Source: a virus (taxonomy: Duplodnaviria > Caudoviricetes). From it: a DNA stretch of 35,708 bases. Below, piece after piece: positions 1-8,132 of this stretch. Both the position numbers and the translations under genes were made by a program. Position 1 is the first letter of the stretch, and every line of letters begins with the position of its first letter. The stretch lies in the IMG/VR virus record IMGVR_UViG_3300042348_000335, positions 1 to 35,708 of that record, one strand, 5' to 3'. Under the pieces are notes generated by a model that had not been told where the DNA came from, did no database searches, and was given only the letters and a program-made list of their open reading frames with translations.

Positions 1-780
1 ACGAAAAGCGTCAAGGTGGCTGGGTTCTATGCCATCGCTGCGCTAGGCGCAATGGCGGATGTGCTGATGGCTGGCTCTACGAATCGGGTGATCATTGAGA
101 ATCCAAACATCGGGCTGGCTGCCGCCAAGATTGACACCATGAGCGTTGGGCTGCGACACCGACACCTGACCCTTGAGCAGGTGACCAAGCCTGCATGGTG
201 GTTGCGCTATGGGGTAAACGTCAAGCGATACAGGGTTGAGGACAACCTAGACAGGCTGGCTACCCGCGCAATCATTGTGAACGATGAAACCATCAACCCA
301 AACAAATACACCACCGCGACTAGCGGCAACGGGGATAGCACGCTCTATGCAGAGTATAGCCTGATTGATGTCATTGAAAATGTAGAGGACGAGAAGAACG
401 AGTTGGACTTCGCAGGCAACTTGCTCTACAACCTCAACCCCAATCGCTTGTTCACTATTGAGACGGACATCATTCCAGGAACGATCTCTCCGTTTGATGG
501 ATACGCTGTTGGCGATGACATCACCGTATACATTGTTGACGATGAAGTAGATATCCGACAAGATCTTACGCTTGTCGCGCAACAGTTCATTGGCAACTCC
601 AACGGCGCAGAGTATCTTGCATTTGGATTCGCGCAGAAGGTGAAGAAATCATTTGAGTTGAGCAAGGAAGCAGAGCCAACTCCGCTCACTCCAGATGCGC
701 CACCTGCTACAATAGAGGAGACTTATTCATGGGATAAGCCAGAGGAGGAAACTCCTCCGACAGTGGAGCCGAACCCATGA
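1..780 (+). CDS. Probable minor tail/baseplate protein, 5'-truncated
   Basis: Frame is open from base 1. The C-terminal part (PFDGYAVGDDITVYI...LAFGF) resembles phage minor tail hub proteins, followed by a Pro/Glu-rich tail. Same strand as the structural arm. Confidence 0.5.
   Translation, partial: TKSVKVAGFYAIAALGAMADVLMAGSTNRVIIENPNIGLAAAKIDTMSVGLRHRHLTLEQVTKPAWWLRYGVNVKRYRVEDNLDRLATRAIIVNDETINPNKYTTATSGNGDSTLYAEYSLIDVIENVEDEKNELDFAGNLLYNLNPNRLFTIETDIIPGTISPFDGYAVGDDITVYIVDDEVDIRQDLTLVAQQFIGNSNGAEYLAFGFAQKVKKSFELSKEAEPTPLTPDAPPATIEETYSWDKPEEETPPTVEPNP
705..713 (+). promoter_or_regulatory. Candidate extended -10 promoter (TGCTACAAT)
   Basis: TGn-TACAAT about 65 bp upstream of the 777 start. 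Confidence 0.3.
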
Positions 781-1022
781 CCTCGGCAAACTACAAAGCG
801 TTGCTAGACGCTATTTCAGAAACGAGGTCTGATGTGAATGACGTGCGCTCCGAACTACTCTCACGCCTTGATCGCATTGATGAGCGGCTACGCCAAGTAG
901 AAGTGTCGCAAGCCAAGTCCGACATCCGTACTGTTGAACTATCCAACAAGTGGAAGGCGGGAATCGCTACTGGCATTGCCTCTGGATTGGCTGCGCTGAT
1001 TCAGGCGCTCCTCCAAAAGTAG
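777..1022 (+). CDS. Small coiled-coil protein with C-terminal TM helix (XhlA/holin-like)
   Basis: RLDRIDERLRQVE coiled coil followed by hydrophobic AGIATGIASGLAALIQALL; ATGA overlap with upstream gene. Confidence 0.55.
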   Translation: MTSANYKALLDAISETRSDVNDVRSELLSRLDRIDERLRQVEVSQAKSDIRTVELSNKWKAGIATGIASGLAALIQALLQK

Positions 1023-1024
1023 GA

Positions 1025-1052
1025 CAGGCTGTGGGGAGGAAACCACAGCCTG
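1025..1052. terminator. Hairpin between convergent genes, probable bidirectional terminator
   Basis: Perfect 10-bp stem CAGGCTGTGG / CCACAGCCTG with 8-nt loop, at the point where the two arms converge. Confidence 0.75.
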
Positions 1053-1060
1053 CCATCAAC

Positions 1061-1378
1061 CTATCGCTTACCGAACTGCTGAAGCACTGCCGCCTCAATC
1101 GCTGCGTCAACTGCGTCAAAATCAAGGTTGATACCCTTGGTTCGTAGCATCTTGTCAACGTACTGATGCGCTAGTGACTTCTTGATTTCGCTATCTTCCT
1201 TTAGGTACTGCTGCTCCACAGCCTGAGTTGCGGTCGCAGCAATAGCCACAAGGATACCATATTCGCGGGCGCTGATGTTAGACTTGAGCCATTTGTCCAC
1301 CGAGCGGAGGACAACTGCACCAAGCCCAACAAGGGCGGTCGCCAGTACTGGAGCGAGAACGTTAATGATTTCCTGCAT
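1061..1378 (-). CDS. Holin, LL-H family-like
   Basis: N-terminal TM segment, then motifs AVEQ, KKSLA, GINL and IEAAV typical of LL-H holins. Confidence 0.75.
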   Translation of the reverse strand: MQEIINVLAPVLATALVGLGAVVLRSVDKWLKSNISAREYGILVAIAATATQAVEQQYLKEDSEIKKSLAHQYVDKMLRTKGINLDFDAVDAAIEAAVLQQFGKR

Positions 1379-1379
1379 A

Positions 1380-2123
1380 TCACCCTCCTCGGTGAATGTT
1401 GCGCACGAGGCGCTTCAACTTGCCATAGACATCACGGGTCACGTACACATCAGCGATGTTGTGCTCAATGATCTTGTCGTAGGCTTCCTTATCCCCATGG
1501 TCTGCCTTGTCCCAGATGCGTGGATCAAGCGGAGTCTTCTTCGTCTCCACCCCGAAGTAGCGGGACACATTGTCCAGCGACTTGCGACCGACACGCACGG
1601 CTGACCCAGTACCCTTGTACATGAGGTCAATGTGCATGAGCGGATCGCATGGATCCTCGCCTGCTGCGAGCAGTCGGGCATTCACAATCGGCAGGTCAAA
1701 CAACTTGCTGTTCCAGCCAACGAGAATGTCGTATGACTCAAGGCTCTCCTTGACTGCCTTCACCAACTTGCTGTCGTCCGTCCACGACTCGCCCTTGTAG
1801 CGAGGATCGTCAAGGCGGAACACCTCAAGGTTGCCGAAGCCGTCTACGATACACACTGAGAGGATGCGGCTCCATGCCGAGTACGTCGTCTCAATGTCCC
1901 AGAATGCAATCGTCGGTCCGACGTAGCCCTCTGGCGACTTCGTGTGGTAGCCCTTCTTGTCAACCAACTTGACAGGCTTGCCCTCAAAGTCATCGCCTTC
2001 CAAGTAACGCTTATAGATCTTCTGTACCTGATCCTTCGTCATGTCAACCTTCTCGCCGATGGCTGCATACGACTTGCCCTGTTCCTTCAGCGCAATGATT
2101 TGTCGCGTAAGTGCGTTGGACAT
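1380..2123 (-). CDS. RNase H-like (YprB/PolB-type DEDD) 3'-5' exonuclease with N-terminal HTH
   Basis: ExoI FWDIET, ExoII GWNSKLFD, ExoIII HNIADV; N-terminal GKSYAAIGEKVDMTKDQVQK is HTH-like. Confidence 0.8.
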   Translation of the reverse strand: MSNALTRQIIALKEQGKSYAAIGEKVDMTKDQVQKIYKRYLEGDDFEGKPVKLVDKKGYHTKSPEGYVGPTIAFWDIETTYSAWSRILSVCIVDGFGNLEVFRLDDPRYKGESWTDDSKLVKAVKESLESYDILVGWNSKLFDLPIVNARLLAAGEDPCDPLMHIDLMYKGTGSAVRVGRKSLDNVSRYFGVETKKTPLDPRIWDKADHGDKEAYDKIIEHNIADVYVTRDVYGKLKRLVRNIHRGG

Positions 2124-2124
2124 C

Positions 2125-2361
2125 TCAGTCCTCCTTACTTGTTCTGCGCATTTCGTTACGCAGGATATCTGCGGCGTGCTCCACGCCCATCAGTAGCGCA
2201 CCAACCATATCGTTGGGCACTGTTCCAGCCGTGAGCATGTTGACCACGACTGCCCTGTACTCTGCGTCGGTCTTTGCTTCACCGACGAAGGTCTCCATCT
2301 TTGCCAGAGCAACACGTGCTGCTGCTCCGTGCGCGGCAAGGCTACTTACCTCAACGCTCAT
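2125..2361 (-). CDS. Hypothetical protein
   Basis: ORF tightly packed in the operon; start MSVEV chosen for overlap with the upstream gene. Confidence 0.6.
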   Translation of the reverse strand: MSVEVSSLAAHGAAARVALAKMETFVGEAKTDAEYRAVVVNMLTAGTVPNDMVGALLMGVEHAADILRNEMRRTSKED

Positions 2362-2551
2362 ATTCAAGAATTGCCAGCACGACAAAGATCACTGCCACTG
2401 CCGTGAACGGCTCAGGCACAACGTTGACTGCAAGACCTGCAGCCAGTGCGCCTAGTGGTACGGAGTAATCTCGCACTGCGCGGGTAGCCTTCACTACCAA
2501 GCGGTGAGCAATGTTCGGCTGCTCGTATGCGTCTTCTGCGTTTGTTGCCAT
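2351..2551 (-). CDS. Small membrane protein (two hydrophobic segments)
   Basis: VPLGALAAGLAV and FTAVAVIFVVLAIL; TAATG coupling. Confidence 0.6.
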   Translation of the reverse strand: MATNAEDAYEQPNIAHRLVVKATRAVRDYSVPLGALAAGLAVNVVPEPFTAVAVIFVVLAILEYER

Positions 2552-2742
2552 TAGAACTTCACCTTTCCTGTTACTGCGAGGGCAACGTCTGCTGCCTTCT
2601 TCATCAACTCCAACTCTACTGGGTTCGTCGGGTCGGGTTCTCCCTTCAGCCCAACGCCCTCACGCATCACTGCGTATGCGTACCTTACTGAGTATAGCCA
2701 GTGGGGAAGCATGTCCTCCACTTGTGCTTTACGGATTGCCAT
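2551..2742 (-). CDS. Hypothetical protein (MAIRKAQVED...)
   Basis: C-terminal part of listed ORF 2551..3054; GGAG upstream of ATG at 2742; TAATG overlap downstream. Confidence 0.6.
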   Translation of the reverse strand: MAIRKAQVEDMLPHWLYSVRYAYAVMREGVGLKGEPDPTNPVELELMKKAADVALAVTGKVKF

Positions 2743-3058
2743 CGGTGTCATCTCCCATATAATCCAGAAAATCCTTGAGTTCCATCGTGATGAGGATGCG
2801 TCGCTTGGTTCCCGCGCCAGGCGAATCTCCGATAACAACAGCCCTGCTCCTCCCCGCCATGGCAGGGATAGTGCTGAGCCACCCGTAGATTCGTTCAGGA
2901 AACGCGGTTCCCACTTTGCATTGGATAACGAGGCGGTCGCTCGTAACGTCGTCCTTACCCCCGAACATCCCCGTCCGCTTGCCGCCGACGAGGGCTGCCA
3001 CCTCCCGCTCAAAGGAGATGCCGCGCTTGCGGTTGAGACGACCGCCTCGTGCATCCAC
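2729..3058 (-). CDS. Holliday junction resolvase-like PD-(D/E)XK nuclease
   Basis: NRKRGISFEREVA, DDV and IQCK pattern of phage Hjc-like resolvases. Confidence 0.7.
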   Translation of the reverse strand: MDARGGRLNRKRGISFEREVAALVGGKRTGMFGGKDDVTSDRLVIQCKVGTAFPERIYGWLSTIPAMAGRSRAVVIGDSPGAGTKRRILITMELKDFLDYMGDDTDGNP

Positions 3059-3059
3059 G

Positions 3060-3443
3060 TTACGCCTTCTTCAGCGGACCGAAGACGAGTGGCGAGACCT
3101 CGTTCGCAGTGAAGTCTGCGTAGGTCTTGCCGTCAACGGTACGGCTGCCGCCCTGTCGCCACTTGCCAATCAAGTGTGCGGTTGGGCGTGGATCATTCTC
3201 TGCCACGGACATTGCCTTGGCGTACACCTTCTCAACGTGGTCGGCAAGACCAAGGTCAAAGACGGTGATGTTCACATAGACGTAGCGGTTAGGCGCAGCA
3301 CCCTGCTTGCCACCTGAGAGCCACGCATCGTAGCCCTCGTCCTGCCATGTGCCGTAGAACTCCAAGATCGGCGTGCCGTTCTTGGTAGTCTTGCGGACTG
3401 GTTGCTTCTTGTCTGATAGCCAAATGTCAATACGGTCTGACAT
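3060..3443 (-). CDS. Putative single-stranded DNA-binding (OB-fold) protein
   Basis: RKTTKNGTP...YVNITVFD...HLIGKW...DGKTYADFTANEV follows the SSB strand pattern; directly downstream of ERF. Lacks an acidic tail. Confidence 0.55.
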   Translation of the reverse strand: MSDRIDIWLSDKKQPVRKTTKNGTPILEFYGTWQDEGYDAWLSGGKQGAAPNRYVYVNITVFDLGLADHVEKVYAKAMSVAENDPRPTAHLIGKWRQGGSRTVDGKTYADFTANEVSPLVFGPLKKA

Positions 3444-3454
3444 ACTTCCTCCTT

Positions 3455-3958
3455 CTAGAAATCAAAGTCCGAGAGGTCAGCCTTCGCTGCCTTCGGTGCT
3501 GATGGTGCATCCTCTGCAAAGATCTTCTTCGCAGCGGCTACGACTGGATCGCCAGCCTTCTCGTTCTCTGGGTCATCACCCGTTGGGATGAGGAAGCCGA
3601 GGAGCAGGGCGTACTTGAGTGCGCCAGTCATCGCCTTGTAGACAGCCTTGTCGGTGCTGTCCGACCCAGAACCAACCGACTGGAACGTGACGCTCTCGCC
3701 ACTCTCCGAGTCGGAGATCTTCCATGTGATGCGCAGGGTAATCAACGCCTGCTTGCCGCTTGGGGTCAGCCCTGATTCGGTGACCTCAATGTTCTCTGGA
3801 ATCATGGTCAAGCCACGCTCAGCGAACTCATTGCGGATCTTATCGGCTACTGCTGCAGCCTGCACGTACTTGTATCCCTGAGAAGCGTTCGTGCCAGTCT
3901 TCTCAATGTACCCGACAGCCTTAAGGATGGCGGACAGTTTGGAATGAATAGACTTCAT
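3455..3958 (-). CDS. erf: ERF-family ssDNA annealing protein
   Basis: GSGSDSTDKAVYKAMTGALKYALLLGFLIPTGDDPE signature; GGAGG RBS before ATG 3958. Confidence 0.9.
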   Translation of the reverse strand: MKSIHSKLSAILKAVGYIEKTGTNASQGYKYVQAAAVADKIRNEFAERGLTMIPENIEVTESGLTPSGKQALITLRITWKISDSESGESVTFQSVGSGSDSTDKAVYKAMTGALKYALLLGFLIPTGDDPENEKAGDPVVAAAKKIFAEDAPSAPKAAKADLSDFDF

Positions 3959-4404
3959 TGGTTCCTCCATTTATTATTAACTAATACTATTCCTACCTCA
4001 GTATTCCAGTTAACCTCTTTGATTATAACATGAACAACACCCACTTTCAGGGGAGCCAATGTTAAGAATGCTTTAGGTGACAGGTCTACTGCTCGGTTGC
4101 CCCGCCCTTGTAGCGCGGCTTCCGCACCAAGACAATAGTCACGAACGACAACCACTACACAACGGGTTGTGCCCTTCCTACATACTTGGATCTTGTATGG
4201 TTTACTCTTGCCCTCCTTCCATGATCCTACGGCTGCGTACCATACCTTCTCTCCCTTGCTGTAAGGGTTGCAAGTATTGCGATAGCCGCCGTAGCAGAAC
4301 TTCTGACTCTTTGGATGTGTATTTCCGTACCACGTTGCCGTCCCCTCTGTACGCACACCGTGTGGGGTGAGCAGCAAGAAGGCGGACAATAACAGCGCGA
4401 TCAT
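3955..4404 (-). CDS. RlpA-like double-psi beta-barrel protein (lytic transglycosylase/expansin-like) with signal sequence
   Basis: Hydrophobic N-terminus; GTATWY, VVVVRD and RAVDLSPKAF..LAPLKVGVVHV DPBB motifs. Confidence 0.8.
   Translation of the reverse strand: MIALLLSAFLLLTPHGVRTEGTATWYGNTHPKSQKFCYGGYRNTCNPYSKGEKVWYAAVGSWKEGKSKPYKIQVCRKGTTRCVVVVVRDYCLGAEAALQGRGNRAVDLSPKAFLTLAPLKVGVVHVIIKEVNWNTEVGIVLVNNKWRNQ
4022..4030 (-). promoter_or_regulatory. Consensus extended -10 promoter (TGTTATAAT) for the erf-ssb-resolvase operon
   Basis: Perfect TGnTATAAT on the minus strand, in an AT-rich patch about 65 bp upstream of erf. Confidence 0.6.
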
Positions 4405-5075
4405 CCACGACACTCCACCTTGAACCTGCAATAGGAGCAAGGGTATCGGTTGTTCACCGTCTTTCCATCAGGGATGGGTAGTTGTGGTGGGATGCGATCC
4501 TTCTCCTTGTAGTGGTGTGCTACCTGCAGCGCACGCCATGCACGGTCACGTTCCTCGTCGCTAACGATGTACTCCCTGAAGGAGAAGTCGTCGGCGTTGA
4601 TGTAGATGACACGGGCTGGACGGACGATGCCGTCTTCATCCTGCATAGCAATAGCGTAGAGCGCCGCCTGTGTAGCGTGCTCTGGCTTGGCTGATTCCTT
4701 CAGCCACTTGAACGCTGTTGCCTTCATAGACTTAAACTCCCAGACTTCTTGCAGCCCGTCTTTCCATGTGACCACTGCGTCAATGTTGCCTGCAAAGTCA
4801 TAGTCTGGCATTGATACTGGTACTTCTGTCTCGTATCCAAGGATACCTGGAGCATCTGCAAAGACACTGCTGATCCACTCGGACACGGCGTGCCCCCGCT
4901 CAAAGATCCGCAGCGTCTTGTCGTCAAAGGGTTCGCCCTTTACGCCAGTGCTGTCATACCAGTGTGCTCTGAGGCAGCCCCCCATAAGGGAGCCACGCCA
5001 GAACGCCTTGGCAGGACGACCGACCTTGGCTTTCTCTGCAAGCACAAGGTCAAACTGTTCTCCTGCTGTACGCAT
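4401..5075 (-). CDS. Cas4-like PD-(D/E)XK exonuclease
   Basis: GGCLRAHWY, RGHAV, GNIDA, EFKS, QAALY and C-terminal CSYCRFKVEC (four Cys, Fe-S pattern). Confidence 0.85.
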   Translation of the reverse strand: MRTAGEQFDLVLAEKAKVGRPAKAFWRGSLMGGCLRAHWYDSTGVKGEPFDDKTLRIFERGHAVSEWISSVFADAPGILGYETEVPVSMPDYDFAGNIDAVVTWKDGLQEVWEFKSMKATAFKWLKESAKPEHATQAALYAIAMQDEDGIVRPARVIYINADDFSFREYIVSDEERDRAWRALQVAHHYKEKDRIPPQLPIPDGKTVNNRYPCSYCRFKVECRG

Positions 5076-5083
5076 GTTACCTC

Positions 5084-6385
5084 CTACTGCTCGCCGCTGG
5101 TGAACGAGGTGGTCGCCTTACGGAAGACCAACTGCAGGTCACCAATCGGACCGTTGCGGTGCTTGGCTACCTTGACATTCACATTGTCGTAGTAGTCATC
5201 GCCTTGTTCCTTGGGTCGCCAGAGCATGATCACCACGTCGGCATCCTGCTCAATGCTACCACTATCTCGTAGGTCAGCGAGGCGTGGCTCGCCGCTGTCA
5301 CGATACTCTGAGTTGCGAGAGAGTTGCGATAGCGCAATGACTGGGACGTTGAGTTCCCGTGCGATCTGCTTGAGGCTGCGGCTAATCTCTGCCGTCTCCA
5401 TCACGCGGTTCGCATCCTTCTGCTGGCGGATAGCCGACAGCAACTGGATGTAGTCAATGACCACCATGTCTAGCCCTTGCTCCTGTTTGAGCCGACGGCA
5501 ACGGCTGCGAATCTCTAGCGGAGTCAGCGCAGACGAGTCGTCCACGTAGATCTTCGCCCGAGCAATCGCGTCCGATGCGACTGTGAGTTTCTCCTCCTCC
5601 GCTTGGGTAAGCGTACCCGCACGGATCTTGCTGATGTCCACGTGCGCTGCATCCGCAAGGATACGAGTACCGATCTGCTCGCTTGACATCTCAAGAGAGA
5701 AGATGGCAACCGACTTGCCCTGCCTGATCGCAGCATTGGTGGCGAGGTTGACAGCCAGCGCAGTCTTGCCGACCGACGGACGAGCAGCCACGATGATGAG
5801 GTCTGACTTACCCCAGCCACCGATCAACTTGTCCATCGGCACGATGCCCGACTTGATGACATCATTCTCGCCAGACTTCGCCTTGTCGTAGTGATCCCAC
5901 GATAAGCCGATGACGTGTGCTAGATCCAAGAACGTAGAGTTGGTACGGGTACGGGCAAGGCGGTACATCTCTGCCTGCGCCTTGTCCACTGCCTCGTCAG
6001 AGGGCAGCCCCTGATACCCGATCTCTGCGATCTTCCCTGCTGCCTCAATGAGTCGGCGGCTAACGGCTGCCTCCTCAATCAGTTCGGCATACGATTCCCA
6101 GTTGGCTGATGTGGGTGTGTCCCGCACCAGATCGCCGAGTACCGTGCTGCCACCAACGGTCAGGATCTTCTTGCCTAGTTCGTCAGCGACCGTGACTGTA
6201 TCAACGGCACGCTTCTGCTTGACGAGCGACTCCATCGCCTCAAAGATGGTGCGATAGCCGTAGTCGTAGAAGTCTTCGGCGCTAAGCACCGACATGACTG
6301 GCACGACCACGCTATCGTCAATCAACATTGAGCCGAGGATAGCCCGCTCAGCCTGTGTGTTCTGCGGCTTGACACTTGTTGTCAA
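5084..6385 (-). CDS. dnaB: Replicative DNA helicase DnaB
   Basis: AERAILGS N-domain, Walker A ARPSVGKT, FSLEM, IDYIQL, LSQLSR, DLRDSGSIEQDAD, AKHRNGP; TTG start at 6385 follows GGAGGT. Confidence 0.97.
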   Translation of the reverse strand: MTTSVKPQNTQAERAILGSMLIDDSVVVPVMSVLSAEDFYDYGYRTIFEAMESLVKQKRAVDTVTVADELGKKILTVGGSTVLGDLVRDTPTSANWESYAELIEEAAVSRRLIEAAGKIAEIGYQGLPSDEAVDKAQAEMYRLARTRTNSTFLDLAHVIGLSWDHYDKAKSGENDVIKSGIVPMDKLIGGWGKSDLIIVAARPSVGKTALAVNLATNAAIRQGKSVAIFSLEMSSEQIGTRILADAAHVDISKIRAGTLTQAEEEKLTVASDAIARAKIYVDDSSALTPLEIRSRCRRLKQEQGLDMVVIDYIQLLSAIRQQKDANRVMETAEISRSLKQIARELNVPVIALSQLSRNSEYRDSGEPRLADLRDSGSIEQDADVVIMLWRPKEQGDDYYDNVNVKVAKHRNGPIGDLQLVFRKATTSFTSGEQ

Positions 6386-6830
6386 AGATCTTACCTCCGT
6401 ACTCTGCTTCCTCCTCGGTAGACCAACGAATCCCCTCAGTCTCGTAGTTGTAGGTGAACCACCCCCAAGTTCTGCAGTCATCGCAATAGACAGCAGCGCA
6501 GCAGCCATCGTCCCAGATAATCTCTGGGTTCTGGTGACCTTGGTCACGAACCTCGTTGATGTGGTCCGCTACAAACTCGGCTAGTTCAGGTGTGACGTAG
6601 TGAGGAAACGACTTGATCCTCAACTGCTCGTTCACTATCTTACGTCGCTTATCTTTAACCTTAGTATCTGTTGTGTTAAATAATCTTAACGTTGTCTGGT
6701 ATGAGTCCAGCGTCAGACTACATCGGCAGTCCTTCGTCCCGTTCCCGTGCACCTTGCACATCTCCGACTGCACTGCGTACTCCTCCGCTTGCCTCGCTAG
6801 TTCCATCTTCAGTTGCTTCCGCAGTTTCAT
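6348..6830 (-). CDS. Hypothetical Cys-rich protein
   Basis: GGGAGG RBS; CKVH..CRC and CC..CDDC motifs; may be two fused small genes. Confidence 0.55.
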   Translation of the reverse strand: MKLRKQLKMELARQAEEYAVQSEMCKVHGNGTKDCRCSLTLDSYQTTLRLFNTTDTKVKDKRRKIVNEQLRIKSFPHYVTPELAEFVADHINEVRDQGHQNPEIIWDDGCCAAVYCDDCRTWGWFTYNYETEGIRWSTEEEAEYGGKIFDNKCQAAEHTG

Positions 6831-7059
6831 CTGATTCCTCCCGCTCCTCTACTGTGTGGGCGTACGCGCCAGGGAGCCACTCAATACCCTCAAACTCTAG
6901 CGTGCTGTCGTTGTAATCAAACTGATCTTCGTAGTTCTCTTCTAGTAGGTCAAGTACCATCTCCTTGCCAGAGGCAACGACTACCTCGTCGTTCTGCTCG
7001 TCAGTCTCAACAAGGATGTAGTACATGACTGGGATACCAATACTCTTTAGATACTTCAT
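6718..7059 (-). CDS. Hypothetical acidic protein
   Basis: AGGAG RBS; very Asp/Glu-rich. Confidence 0.65.
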   Translation of the reverse strand: MKYLKSIGIPVMYYILVETDEQNDEVVVASGKEMVLDLLEENYEDQFDYNDSTLEFEGIEWLPGAYAHTVEEREESDETAEATEDGTSEASGGVRSAVGDVQGARERDEGLPM

Positions 7060-7145
7060 GAGAATGCTCCTATCATAATGAAGGATGTCAGCACCCCTAG
7101 CAAGAAGCCTGCTAGGAGTGCCGCATCGTTGCTAGTTCGCACGAC
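7056..7145 (-). CDS. Possible tiny membrane peptide
   Basis: AALLAGFLLGVLTSFIMIGAF fills the gap between neighbours with ATGA overlap; start uncertain. Confidence 0.35.
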   Translation of the reverse strand, partial: VVRTSNDAALLAGFLLGVLTSFIMIGAFS

Positions 7146-7383
7146 TATCTTCCATCTCCATGCCTTCGTATGGATCTGTCGGTGGGGTGAGCCGCCCGAA
7201 GATCTCCTCGTTAATGAGGACTGCAATAGGCGAAGCCTCAACCGACTCGCTTAGTTCCCTGAACCGTACGATAACGGCAACATCCTCGCCATCAAACTGC
7301 GCCCTCATCAGAGCGATGTTGTTCTCTTGGTTAAACATTGACTCAAAGAATGAGATCTCGTCGCTTGTAATCTTGGTCATCAA
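7132..7383 (-). CDS. Hypothetical protein
   Basis: AAGGAGG RBS; packed in operon. Confidence 0.7.
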   Translation of the reverse strand: MMTKITSDEISFFESMFNQENNIALMRAQFDGEDVAVIVRFRELSESVEASPIAVLINEEIFGRLTPPTDPYEGMEMEDSRAN

Positions 7384-7389
7384 TCCTCC

Positions 7390-7923
7390 TTAAACCTGAT
7401 CGTAGTTGCTGACGCTGTGGTCAACGCCGCAACTGCACTTGTTGTTATTGAGAGTGAGTGCATCCTTTGGCGCATCGTCGCCAACGTTAAGTGTAATCTC
7501 AACGATGTCTTCCTGTGGAACCACGGGCTTATACTCCTCTCGTACGCCGTAAACTTTCTCCGTGATGTAGTTGATCGCTTCGGTCACGTCATCCACATCG
7601 GTGTTCTCTAGCGTAGAGTACAAGCCTACCACACGCTGCACTAGTTCGTCAAGCGCAGCACTTACCTCGCCAGTCCGCTCCTTGTACTCAACGACTGCCT
7701 CCTCGCCAACGTCCTGCCATAGGCTGTAGTTCGCATCCATCAGGTCATTGACATCCAGTTCGCCGACCTTCTCTTGTACTGCCTCATCAATCATGGACTC
7801 GCACTCGGTGCAATCCCATGCGTCGTGGTTGTGCTCGTCAAGATTCTCAATGTCACTAACAAGATCTTCCATGTTGCTCATGATGTTCTGTGCGCTACGA
7901 AGAATGTCATTCTGGTCTGCCAT
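7390..7923 (-). CDS. Highly acidic hypothetical protein
   Basis: AGGAGG RBS; about 43 D/E versus about 10 K/R in 177 aa (hand count). Confidence 0.75.
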   Translation of the reverse strand: MADQNDILRSAQNIMSNMEDLVSDIENLDEHNHDAWDCTECESMIDEAVQEKVGELDVNDLMDANYSLWQDVGEEAVVEYKERTGEVSAALDELVQRVVGLYSTLENTDVDDVTEAINYITEKVYGVREEYKPVVPQEDIVEITLNVGDDAPKDALTLNNNKCSCGVDHSVSNYDQV

Positions 7924-7934
7924 AAATCCTCCTA

Positions 7935-8132
7935 TTAGAACTTACTAATGTCAAAGCCGTGTGAGTAGAGATCCTCAAGGATCGGCTCAAGATACCTCGG
8001 CTCAACCGCGTATCCCTTGCCCATCATCAAGGCATCCTTCCCAAACGCATCTGCTAGAAACTGCTCTGCTTCCTGTGTGACGGGGATGACTAGCGCCACG
8101 CTCCCGTCGTTGATGACGTTGATGTCAGACAT
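7935..8132 (-). CDS. Small phage hypothetical protein
   Basis: GAGGT RBS; NDGSVALVIP...AVEPRY pattern. Confidence 0.7.
   Translation of the reverse strand: MSDINVINDGSVALVIPVTQEAEQFLADAFGKDALMMGKGYAVEPRYLEPILEDLYSHGFDISKF

Noticed and set aside
2743-3054. N-terminal 100 aa of ORF 2551..3054
   Set aside because: Out-of-frame overlap with the resolvase-like gene; only the part from ATG 2742 looks like a real protein.
4401-5075. Cas4-like gene as evidence of a CRISPR-Cas system
   Set aside because: No repeat-spacer array or other cas genes seen; stand-alone Cas4-like nucleases next to annealases are ordinary phage recombination genes.
6386-6547. N-terminal extension of DnaB in the ORF track
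   Set aside because: DnaB similarity starts at about PQNTQAE, a GGAGGT RBS precedes TTG 6385, and the extension overlaps another gene.
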